A stretch of 63,760 nt of DNA, filler included, from Octopus bimaculoides (lineage: Eukaryota): the NCBI RefSeq assembly GCF_001194135.2. It is 5 parts of 5 records of this genome, joined end to end, with 100 filler letters (N's around TTAATTAATTAA, not from the genome) between each part and the next. Parts side by side here need not be neighbours in the genome. Positions count along the whole stretch, not along the records: positions 37,068 to 55,689 come from NC_068985.1; positions 55,790 to 59,476 come from NW_026308185.1; positions 59,577 to 63,760 come from NC_068993.1; 2 more parts are not named here. One strand, written 5' to 3'. A program made the position numbers and the translations under genes. The notes below the pieces were generated by a model, which saw only the letters and a list, made by a program, of their open reading frames with translations, was not told the DNA's origin and searched no databases. Positions 51,930 through 63,760 of the stretch are shown piece after piece. Every line of letters begins with the position of its first letter. The first letter of the stretch is position 1.

Positions 51930-52800
51930 CCAGTCACTTGCCGAGTCCGCGTATATATTCAGAAGAGATCAAGTTGACAGTTTATTTCTACTGGGGTCTA
52001 TATGAGCAGTTCGAAGTGAATACATATAAAAAGTAGTATAATCAATTACCAAATAGTGTGCATGATAACAACCTGGCCAAAATCATTTGGGCATACTTGT
52101 CCAGATTGATAAGGAGATACAGTCAATCTGCTCAAATATAGTTATCACAGGCGGGAATGAAGGAGTTTGTAGTCTAACGTAAATAATCTATATAGATTGT
52201 TCTTGATGTTAGTATCATTTTCCTTTACTTAGATAATTGTGGTTCGAAATTTTCTTCTCTGCAGTTCAGATAGGATCTTATAACTTCAGCGCTGAATTTT
52301 CGAGCCAGTGTTAGCTTTTACTAAGGCATGCATTGTCTCTGTTGAGTTTATGTGGTTTTGGTTTTGAGGTGTTCTTTCTTTTCAATTCTTCTCTTTTCTA
52401 AAAGTTTCTAAAATAGTTCTAGAAAAACTCGATGTGAAGTGAAAGCTATATTGATCGTCCAGCCAGATTTTATTGTGGTTACGGTTTTTGTGTTCGTTTT
52501 TGTTCGCTAGAGTGGTTAGTTTGGACGTATTTTCCCCACTATTTCAGCTTTCTGTCGAGTAGTTTACAATTCTAGAGAATGCTTTCTTTTTATTGGAAGA
52601 GATAGATATCTGAAAATCAATATTGATCACAGGGTTCTTAGACATTTTCCATGTCGGACAAAAATATTTGAGAAAATTTTGTTGGCAAAATTTGAAAGTT
52701 AGATATTGCTGTATGACTAATAGGCGGAACATCATTATAAGCAGTAACTGCTCAGAATTATCAAACAAGCGTCCAACTAGGAAACCAAGTTCGTCTATAG
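51930..52800 (-). pseudogene. Heavily decayed Penelope-like retroelement ORF (RT thumb-linker-GIY-YIG region)
   Basis: SISSNKKKAF..Y..S*NSG, KNRNHNKIW...QYS, VCPND and NCSYR..K.T..SEYI resemble the SSNEE..YNEALKNSG, RKRNIIWFNPPYS, CPLDG and HNSSFR..STELSKYIW motifs, in the right order. Confidence 0.45.
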
Positions 52801-53469
52801 TTATCTGAATAATCTAGTCAACGTAAATAACGAGGGAGGTAACTAGAACTGTCAAAATAAAGTGTTATGTTTTTTGGACAGTTCATGCAAACATGAATTA
52901 CTGATTTATTAACTTGCAGTGTAAGTCATCGAAAACATAAAACCCCTAGATCCCGAATCGGGATGCATAAGAGCAGCTTCAGGAGAAGGTGCTTAAACCA
53001 GTATTTTGGGTGTAGATGTAGAGCAATAAGAAACAGTACAGTATCGTTAATTCCTGTATGCTCCTTGTTAGATACAAATGGCCACATAAAACCACCTAGA
53101 CTAAAATGAACAGCAGCAATAAATACAACATTTGTTCAAGTCTTTGTGGTCTCAAACTTAATAAGAAAATACATCATCCTTACTAAAATAGCATGAACCT
53201 TGATAGTAAAATCAGAACCAGTTTCTAAGTACCGTCATGAAAACAAATATATATTTTTAAGCGTCAACGGAGCTAAGGTGACACATTAAACATAAACATC
53301 CGAAAACCTAATAATTTGTAGATTGCCATCCTCCATGCAACACAAACTGGAAATCAACAATGCATTAAATAACGCTGATAAACCTCGACTGAGGGAAATT
53401 CTGACTCCGCTAGCCCGTTAGACCCACCAGTTAATAGTCCAAAAAACAGGAATATCAGACTCTGGTTTC

Positions 53470-53945
<476 letters not shown>

Positions 53946-54129
53946 AAGAATACTGAAAGCTTAGTCATGATACTATATATTTAAGATTTACTTTGTATGA
54001 GGTCTTGTAGTCTGTGTTACTTTATAGTATTACCGTTGACGTAATCACATTTACCAACATACAACTAACAAGTAATATACATACAAAAACTATGTGCGTG
54101 TGTATATATAAGTATGTAAATATATTGTA

Positions 54130-54520
54130 TGTTACTGGTTTCAGGGCTTTGATCGCGGCCATGCTTGGGCCCCGCCTTGAAGGGTTTTAGTCGAACAAAT
54201 CGACCTCAGGACTTTTGTCTTTTAAGCCTAGTGTTTATTCTATCGGTCTGTTTAGCCGAACCGCTAAGGTATGGGGCGTAAACACACCAATATCGGTTGC
54301 CAAGTAGTGTGTGTGTAGGGGGGATAAACACACACACACACACACACACACAGATATACGACGGCCTTCTTTCAGTTTCCGTCAAACAAATCCACTCAAA
54401 GGGCTTTGGTCGGCCTGAGGCTATAGTAGAGACCTGCCCAACATACCATGCAGTGGGACTGAACCCGGAGCCATGTGGTTGGGAAGCAAGTTTCTTACTA
54501 TATAGCCACGCCTTCGGGCA
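54130..54520 (-). mobile_element. Family B SINE, full length
   Basis: Reverse complement of 25555-25925. Confidence 0.8.
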
Positions 54521-54528
54521 TATATATA

Positions 54529-54582
<54 letters not shown>

Positions 54583-55512
54583 NNNNNNNNNNNNNNNNNN
54601 NNNNNNNNNNNNNNNNNNNNNNNNNNNNNNNNNNNNNNNNNNNNNNNNNNNNNNNNNNNNNNNNNNNNNNNNNNNNNNNNNNNNNNNNNNNNNNNNNNNN
54701 NNNNNNNNNNNNNNNNNNNNNNNNNNNNNNNNNNNNNNNNNNNNNNNNNNNNNNNNNNNNNNNNNNNNNNNNNNNNNNNNNNNNNNNNNNNNNNNNNNNN
54801 NNNNNNNNNNNNNNNNNNNNNNNNNNNNNNNNNNNNNNNNNNNNNNNNNNNNNNNNNNNNNNNNNNNNNNNNNNNNNNATATATATATATATATATATGT
54901 ATGTATATATATATATGTATATATACACATATAGGCATGCACACACATGCACACACAAACACACACACAACACGAGGAATACATGCATATACACATATAT
55001 ACGTGCGTGTGTGTGTGCGTTTAAAGAATGGAAATGTAAGAATAACAATATCTGGCGGAAAATATATATTCGCTGAGATAAAAAGAGTAGGGAAACAAAT
55101 GAGAGAAAAGAAAGTGATATTGAGAGAAAGCGGAAGAAAGACAATAAGAAATGGTGGGCGGCGGTGGGTAGGTGGTTGAGAGGTTTAAGGAATTAGGGTG
55201 AAAAGAGAAGATATATAAAGGAATAATGTGCTGAACAAATGTAATATTTATGGAGCTGTGTCGTCTGCTTAACGTCACCATTCCATCATCATTCTCTCAG
55301 AATAAACTTTGACGCCATGTCTAAGTGGGTGCTATTTATCCATAAAATAAGACAATATGACTGGCTGTCTGTGGGACAGAGTTGTAGTGTGGCATGTGTA
55401 TGTGGATATACAAATTGATATATCCATACAAACACTCCACATAGAAAATTATACGTATTTGTGTGTATGTATTTCTGTACATACATATATACATATATAC
55501 ATACACACACAC

Positions 55513-55555
<43 letters not shown>

Positions 55556-55646
55556 AGTAATCTTATACATTCGCAAAACCGAATAAATATTATATTGTAT
55601 ATATGCATATTTCTGTGGACATACATATGCATACTAATATACATAT

Positions 55647-55689
<43 letters not shown>

Positions 55690-55789
55690 NNNNNNNNNNN
55701 NNNNNNNNNNNNNNNNNNNNNNNNNNNNNNNNNTTAATTAATTAANNNNNNNNNNNNNNNNNNNNNNNNNNNNNNNNNNNNNNNNNNNN
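55690..55789. other. Artificial scaffold linker
   Basis: 44 N + TTAATTAATTAA (55734-55745) + 44 N. Confidence 0.93.
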
Positions 55790-56613
55790 GAAAAACCCAT
55801 AAAACCACGGGAGCCTGGTCAGAAAAAATAAGAAAGGGGTATAGAGCCCTTTCTCCTTTTACATTACAACGAATTTGCTATGAGACAGCACTTCCCTCTC
55901 TACTCTCATCTCCCTTTTCAAGCGGAACTTGAAAAAGTTGATGAGGCCTTGGCCAAAGAGGGAAGTGTCTGTCTTTAGCCCTTTCAAACGGGTCCACCAT
56001 ATCACCTCTTTCGCTACAGCCACCAGGCATAGGAAAATTGCCTTGCCCTCCTGGTTAAAGGAGGTCGACGGGTCAATTCTCACGATGGATTCAGCCGATA
56101 GCCGGATCCGTCCTACACGTGACAGTAGCTGTTCGATATGAACCCACAGGTCAGCAATGCTAGGGCACTGGATGAGTGCGTGCAGAACGGTTCCGTCGTC
56201 CTGAGCGCACCTCGGACAGGCCCGGTCGACGGCACTTCCGTGCCGGTAGAGTTTATCTCGAACAGGTAGCGCACCTCGGTAGCACTGCCAGGCGAGGGAC
56301 CTTTGGAAATTATCCATGGGCCTCGGCCCGAAAGTTCTCCTGAACAGACTGTTTAGCTGATTATCTTCGACGCCTAGAGTTTCCCCGAGAACGTCGTCGC
56401 ACTTTTCCTCCACTAAAACCTCTATAGAACGCTAGAGTGGAGCTACTACCGATCGCACTGCCCGCCTGACCGAGGGCGGTGAGAGCTTGGCGGCACTTGA
56501 GGTGCCAAGCGCCCTTTCTCGGTTTATGTTTGATCCAGGATTACAGCTCTGTTAAAGAAACGAGCTGCGGAAAATCGCGTCTGACGAACGGCGACCACAC
56601 CTGTTCACCGTCC
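55790..56613 (-). mobile_element. 5'-truncated L1/Tx1-like LINE, ORF2 C-terminal zinc-knuckle (zf-RVT-like) region
   Basis: ORF 56413-55859 has W..YRGALPVRDKL..HG....CPRC......TVLHALIQC, with upstream coding remnants to 56613; visibly GC-richer than its surroundings. Confidence 0.8.
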
Positions 56614-56614
<1 letters not shown>

Positions 56615-56683
<69 letters not shown>

Positions 56684-56697
56684 TGATGATGATGATT
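56615..56697. repeat. (AAT)n/(GAT)n microsatellite at the LINE truncation point
   Basis: Direct reading. Confidence 0.95.
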
Positions 56698-56859
56698 TCC
56701 TTACTTGCCACAAGAGATGCATAAATACAAAAATTTAAACTCATCAGCGAAGAACCAGAAAGACCTATATTTAATGACATACCACTCCGCCCTTAATTAC
56801 ACCTATCAATACGAACTACTTCCAGTGACAGTGATATATCCCTCCTCCACCAATAATAC

Positions 56860-57530
56860 TACGCTTAACCTCCCCCTATCTCTCGTGCTCTTCTTCCTCC
56901 TTTCCTCCCTCTGTCAGGCTTACATTTAACATTCCTCCTACTTCAGTCTTTCTTTAGTCTACCTCCCTCTTACACTCACTTTAAGCATCTGCCTGTCACC
57001 CCATCTCGCTCTTTCTTTTTTTCCTCTCACGGTTTATCTATCTATTTATTTTTCTACCTCTTTGTGTGTCTGTCTGTCTATCGATATGTTTTATCCCCCT
57101 TTTTTGTTCTTCAAGTTTCCTTATTTATCAATCGATCACTCCTCATTTCTTTCATTATGCCTTGCTTTCATTTTCTATCCTCTCTTTATCCTCCTCTCTC
57201 TTCTTTTTCTCCTTTCCTCTCCCTTCTACCATTCTCTAACCCTACTACCCTCTCGTCATATTTTCCCTCTTACACATTTTCTTGTATTTTTCTTTTTACC
57301 TTCTCTATTCTTTCACTCTCATACTCTCTTTCCCCCACCTATCTTTCTCCCTTTCATCGTACAGTCCTCCTTCTCCCCACACTATCTCCCACTCTACCTT
57401 CCTTAACATTCCACCACCTCGTTTTCTTTTTCTCCCAACATTACTTCCTTCTTACACTCACTTTAATCTTTTCATTCCTACTTTCATTTTCTCTCTCTCT
57501 CTAGCATTATTTTCTTTCTCCTTGATTTAC

Positions 57531-57576
<46 letters not shown>

Positions 57577-58131
57577 GTTCTCACACTGCAACTCCCCCGT
57601 TTCTATCTCCCTCTCTCTTTCTCTAACTATTCCTCTCTGTCTCACTCTATATTTTCATCTCCACCTCCGCAATTTCCTTTCTGTTTTCTTCTTTTTCTCA
57701 ACAAGCCTCTCACTACTACTCTGTCTACTTCACTCCCTCTCGCTCTCCCTCTATCTATCTATCTATCTATCTAACTACACTTTTAATCTATCACTTTCTC
57801 ATTTATTCTCCTCTCTGATCCACTCACGCTTGGCCTCAAAACCTTCATTCACGCTCTTTCGGAGAAGTCAGCAAGGCAGCCGCGACTCATAAGTTATCGA
57901 GCATACTAGAAATAGCAGTCAACTCTCCTTTAAACCACAGAATGCCAGATTTAAAAAACGAAGGGCACGGCTGAAAGTAGTTCAGAGTACACCAATCGGA
58001 AAACAGTAAAGAGCCATGGACGGAATTCCGATTTTGATTATAAATCTGTTCATTTAAGGTAGACTAAGCTCAAAACAACAGCTTTAGCAAGTTTCCCGCC
58101 ATTTTTCAAATTCTGCCACTCTACCTCACTA

Positions 58132-58221
<90 letters not shown>

Positions 58222-58380
58222 TTCTCCTTTTCTTACATATTCTCTTTCTCTCAACCAACCGCTTTCCCCCTTTCTTTCTTTCTGCCTATCTGTCTGTCTT
58301 TCTCTCTCCTTCTATCTTGTGTCTTTTGTACTTTCACTGCTTTGCTTTGCTCTTACTGTTTCTCTTCCATCCACTTCGTC
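56860..58380. repeat. Long pyrimidine-rich low-complexity tract with (CT)n blocks
   Basis: Direct reading. Confidence 0.85.
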
Positions 58381-58445
58381 GTTTTACCTCGTCTGAACAT
58401 AAACAAGAACACACACACACACAACACACTCTCTCTCTCTCTCTT

Positions 58446-58477
<32 letters not shown>

Positions 58478-59214
58478 AACATACAGATAAACACACAAAC
58501 ATATATACATACAATACATACATACACATATATATGTGTATTCACACACATGTATATATAAATACATACAAACTAATACAAACACACACGCACATGCGTG
58601 TATATTAGCGTCAAATGATTGACACATGGAAGGCGACACCCACCCTCTCAGATGTCGGCTGGCTCAATGAATTGGTAGTGGAAGTGTAAGAATAAGAAAA
58701 CTGAGAAAGAAAAGGAGAAAGAGAGAGAAGAAAATTCAAAACAGAGGAAGAGGGAGAGAGAGAGAAAGATTAAGAAAATATTAAAGAGACAGAGTGAGGA
58801 GGAGGGAGCGAGAGAGGACGATTTAAAAAATATTAGAGTGGCAGGGAAAAGAGAGAGAGAGAGAGAGATGAGAGAAAGGAGAGAGAAAAAAATTAAGAAA
58901 ATATCAAAGGGAGAAAGAACTGGGAGTAAGACAGGCAGAGTTAGAGGAAGAGGAGAGAGATAGATGACAGCTGTCGCTTGACATGAATTCATATGTGCGC
59001 CATTCTAAGTTTGCTGAAAATAGCAACCAAATTTACCCTGAGTCACACACTACCAACTGAAATATAGGAATAATATGGTGGGTAATAAGTGTTCTATGCT
59101 TTTATCGTGACTATAAGGGTTTCCCTCATAAGTGAGCTACATTAAAAGTGGTTAACCTACGGCTACAGAACAAGAGAGCATGCGTCAAACATATTTAGAC
59201 AGGTATGTACTACA

Positions 59215-59251
<37 letters not shown>

Positions 59252-59254
<3 letters not shown>

Positions 59255-59455
59255 GAGAATTTACGAAAAAAACAACAGACGAAGACAGGTGGTGTAAACA
59301 ACAAATGGATGTATTAGTTTAACGCTCGGGAATAGAGAAAGTCTTTGACGTTTCGAGCCTACGCTCTTCAACTGAAAGGAACACAGAAAGAAATAAGGAG
59401 AGAAACAAGGAGAAAAAAATATAAATGTAGTGGTCAGCGATCTATCATGGCGAAA
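59252..59455 (-). mobile_element. Short Penelope-like terminal element with minimal hammerhead-like fold, between (TA)n tracts
   Basis: Homologous to 31007-31160; fold at 59378-59343. Confidence 0.6.
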
Positions 59456-59476
59456 ATATATATACATATATATATA

Positions 59477-59576
59477 NNNNNNNNNNNNNNNNNNNNNNNN
59501 NNNNNNNNNNNNNNNNNNNNTTAATTAATTAANNNNNNNNNNNNNNNNNNNNNNNNNNNNNNNNNNNNNNNNNNNN
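59477..59576. other. Artificial scaffold linker
   Basis: 44 N + TTAATTAATTAA (59521-59532) + 44 N. Confidence 0.93.
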
Positions 59577-59681
59577 ATATATATCTGTTTGCATACACAC
59601 ACACAAACACACACACACACGCATATATATAAACATATAGTATAGCCGCAGTCTACTGACTAAAACAAGTAAAAGTAAAAG

Positions 59682-59715
<34 letters not shown>

Positions 59716-60213
59716 ACATGTACATATATATGTATGTATATATGTATATGTGTGTGTGTGTGTGAGTGAGCGTATGTGTGCTTGCATGTATATGTATGTA
59801 TATAGAAATGCAGTACATTTTATATGCACATAATTACATTAAATTTACATACGTAGATGCTTACATGCACACACATATCTACATAACACACATACATATA
59901 TATATTTACATCGTGTGTGTGTGTGTGTGTGTGCATGCGCGCGCGCGTATATTTATCGTAAAAAGGTTAAAGAACTATAAAAAGAAAAGTTTATTAATAC
60001 TGCAATCTCAATTCAAATATCTTCGCACTTTGTATTCGAATAAAATAAAATAAAATAAAATAAAGTAAAATGAAAATAAAATGAAAATAAAATGAATATA
60101 AAATAATATAAAAGAAAGAAATTCGCAAAAACGGGAAAGGAAAGACAAAAGCAATCACAATAATTTAGCGAAAGACAAAAAAAAAAGATCACACAAAGAC
60201 AAAGCAGAAAAAA

Positions 60214-60289
<76 letters not shown>

Positions 60290-60779
60290 CGAAAACAGCA
60301 AGAATAAAAAAATGGAAAGAAAACGAATAAATAAATGAACGAATTTATCAATTAGTGTTGAAATGTCTTGGAATAAGATAGAATCTTTTGGAAGAGTCAT
60401 TCCACCTGTTTGTTACCTTCTTTGACACTATTTAAAATTTACTGGAAAAAGAAAAAAAAAATTGTTGCTTTTTGTTGGTTTATGTCGTGTTTTGTTGTTG
60501 TTCGTCTTGAATATTTTTGTGTATTTATTGTTGTTTTATGCAGATTTTTTTCTTCTCATTCTGTCTTTTATTTTTTGTCTTTCTGCCAATTGTCTGCTAC
60601 TCTAGAAAGTTCTTTCGAGATTTCGGAGAAAGATTATATTATTATTTTTTTTTTTCGCATGTAGACTTGGTTGCATACATATGGACGTTATACATACGCG
60701 AATACATAAGGAAAAAGATACACATATACTTACACACAACGTTCATATATATACAGTAACAACACACATACACACTCAT

Positions 60780-60812
<33 letters not shown>

Positions 60813-61468
60813 CATAAAACATACATACATACACACGCACATATATGCAAAGAGATAGACTCATGTATGTACACAAAGCATACACACATGCACAGTGAGA
60901 ACACATTCATACACATATTAATACAACATGCATACGCAAACACGCAACACGTATTCACACACATGCACTTACATACACACAGAGAGTTACGCACACACAA
61001 ACACACGCATACATGCATATGCAGATATACGGTACGATCAAGCCACATACACAAACGCAAGGGAGACATTTATGCACACACACAGACACAGACACACACA
61101 CCATGTATATATAAACACACATACGGTATAATCACAGACATGTATGTACAAACGCACATTACACACAAAAATACAAACACACATTTGTAATATGTATACG
61201 CAGATATCCGCATACACATGCGAGCAAACGCACATAAACTTGGATAGACATATATAGCCACACACACAAATATATATATATATATATACATCAAGAGACA
61301 CACATGCACCTACAAACTGCTATTTAAAACTATTTCGAAATCAAGAAAAGAAATTAAGTCAAATTTCACAGATTATTTTTATAAAATCTTATTTTCATGT
61401 CTTTTTTTTTTACTGTCTTTTTTAAAAAAGTAGATTTATATATCAGAAATTACCATCCATCCATCCAT

Positions 61469-61499
<31 letters not shown>

Positions 61500-61633
61500 C
61501 TTTCCGATTTTCACACTCATTTCATTGTCTTGGTCTTTCGTTCTCTTGTCATATTTTCACTCTCTCAGTCTCTCTGTTTTTCTCACGCCTCCCTCATCCC
61601 ATATCTATCTGTCTGTCTGTCTCTCTCTCTCTG

Positions 61634-61665
<32 letters not shown>

Positions 61666-62244
61666 CTTGATGTACATGTGCATACATACATATTTATAAG
61701 ATCGTTGATGTCTCTTTTCACCTGATACATACACTCACACATATACACATACGTATATGCATTGATATAGGCATCTAAGTGCGTGTATACATATTTATAC
61801 ACACACACACACACAGACACATACATATTTATAATATGTACGTATGTATTTGTCTATCTTTCTAGTTCTACACACATAAGCAAACGTACACAAATAAGCA
61901 ACAAATAAATGAATAAATAAATATACATGTACATAGATATTCCCATGTGTATACACACATACATACATGCACACATACACATATATATATGCTCACACAC
62001 ACATATATATGTACACATACGTACACATAAATGTTTTACCACCAAGGAATCTTCATCCGGTTGACATTCACTGGAGACCAGCATCACGGTAGGATGTGCA
62101 ATTTCTCTTCTCTACTTCATGATCAATACGGAGTTGATCTTAAGGAAAGATGCAAGAATCGACAGGGTAGCAATGAATCTCGGAAGACACTCAGCAATGC
62201 CATCATTCTGTAATTTTACGGATGGGATTACTGTTATGCCCAAG

Positions 62245-62480
62245 CGCTTGGCTTAGTGGTGAGGGTGCTGGATTCATGATCGTAAGAGTTTGGTTTCGGT
62301 TCCTGGACCGGGCAACGCGTTGTGTTCTTGAGCAAAACACTTCATTTGCACGTTGCTCCAGTTCACTCAGCTGGTAAAAGTGAGTAATTCTGCGACGGAC
62401 TGGCGTCCTGTCCAGGTGGGGAATATACACGCCATGAAACCGGGAAACCGACCCTTATGAGTCAGTATGACTCGAGAAGG
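62245..62480 (+). mobile_element. SINE family C, tail type 4
   Basis: Matches the reverse complement of 46372-46598. Confidence 0.75.
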
Positions 62481-62631
62481 ATCCTTTATCTCCAATTTTT
62501 TATTAGTCATATTGAAAGAAAGCCAAGATGCAACAACAGTGTTGTTGGGTGAACTATATCAGTAATATCGACTGTATACCACGGCCATTGAAAAGTCACG
62601 AAATATATCTTATTAAAACGGGGTAGGTTTA

Positions 62632-63052
62632 AGGTGGCGAGGGGGCAAAATCGTTACCCCACTGGACAAAATTCTTAATGGCCTTTCTTCTGCATTCACG
62701 TTCTGAGTTCAAATATAACCAGAGTCGACTTTGCCTTTCATCTTTTCGGGGTCGATCAAATAAGCGGTAAACGGACAATTCGTCGACAGACAATTGGCCG
62801 ACAGACAATTGGCCGACAGACAACTTACAGACAAGACAACTGTGTGGCATGGTGCAGAGTCCTGTTGCAGACATAGGGTATTCCAGCAGCCACCCTCTTG
62901 ACCCAGCCTCCAGGCTGTGTGGGAATTGTTTGTCGGCGAATCGTCTGCACACGAAAATAAGTACCGGTCGAGTACATGGGTCGATGTAATCGACTTACGC
63001 CACCTCCCCCGAAATTGCGGGTCCCATGCCAACATTTGAAGCCAGATACAGT
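62632..63052 (+). mobile_element. Family A SINE interrupted by a MITE
   Basis: The SINE sequence resumes exactly after the insertion (gtcgatcaaataag | insert | aaaataagtacc). Confidence 0.8.
62765..62953. mobile_element. 189-bp MITE with imperfect ~30-bp TIRs and 8-bp TSD
   Basis: Ends cggtaaacggacaattcgtcgacagacaatt / aattgtttgtcggcgaatcgtctgcacacg; TSD caaataag / aaaataag; 15-bp subterminal repeats. Confidence 0.75.
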
Positions 63053-63142
63053 GTAAGGTAGTATCTTCCAATCGATCAGGGAAAAGTAATTTTTGCTGCA
63101 TCCTTACATATAAAATGCAAATTATGTACATAATTCCTCATA

Positions 63143-63174
<32 letters not shown>

Positions 63175-63180
<6 letters not shown>

Positions 63181-63345
63181 GCCGGGATTCTTTCAGTTTA
63201 CGGCTACCAAATCTATTCGCAAAGTTTTGGTCGGCTCGTGGCTATAGTAGACGACACTTGCCCAAGGTGCCACGCAGTAGAACTGAACCCAGATCCACAT
63301 AGTTGGGAAGCCAGCTTTTTACCACACAGCCACGCCTGCGCCTCT
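63175..63345 (-). mobile_element. Family B SINE, 5' half
   Basis: Reverse complement of the family B head through gaaagaa. Confidence 0.75.
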
Positions 63346-63614
63346 ATGTATATATTTTGTCCACACATATGTGTGTATTACATGCCAATGTCTGTGTGTA
63401 TATACTAGATTGTATGTGTACAGGTGTGTGCGCATGCGTCATTTTGTTATGAGTTGGGTTACTGTTTGTTTAGTTTTGCGTCTATTGTTTTATTTTCTTT
63501 AGCTTTTATTTTTCTTTTATTTTCTACTTATTTAATTCTTTCTTTTTATAAATTACGTTTTATTGTTTACTCAGCGGAAGTTTTATTATTGATATTACTC
63601 TTGTTGCCATCATC

Positions 63615-63625
63615 GTCAATGTCGC

Positions 63626-63662
<37 letters not shown>

Positions 63663-63760
63663 GTCATCATCATCATCATCATCATCGTCATCGTCATCAT
63701 CATCATCATCATCGTCGTCGTCATCATCATCATCATCATCGTCATCGTCATCATCATCAT
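63615..63760. repeat. (CAT)/(CGT) microsatellite running off the window end
   Basis: Direct reading. Confidence 0.95.

Overview
AT-rich, microsatellite-saturated eukaryotic DNA. The repeat content resembles a coleoid cephalopod (octopus-like) draft assembly; this is inference and was not checked by search. The window is five pieces joined by artificial 100-bp linkers (44 N + TTAATTAATTAA + 44 N) and has many other N gaps, most flanked by (TA)n. The only host gene I can support is the last coding exon (minus strand, 2507-1805) of a rhodopsin-class neuropeptide GPCR of the SIFamide/NPFF-receptor type; I could not find its TM1-TM3 exon(s). The rest is transposon debris: four recurrent SINE-like families, Tc1/mariner and hAT elements, R4/Dong-like, L2-group and L1/Tx1-like LINE fragments, a decayed Penelope-like ORF and many short Penelope-like termini. 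The most interesting signal is in those termini. At six loci the two hammerhead-ribozyme core strands occur in reversed order at near-fixed spacing (GAAA-N23-25-CUGANGA). One such element forms a ~465-bp palindrome in the GPCR intron. A second family carries a minimal type I hammerhead-like fold with a variant core. Ribozyme activity is untested. Most repeat boundaries are approximate.
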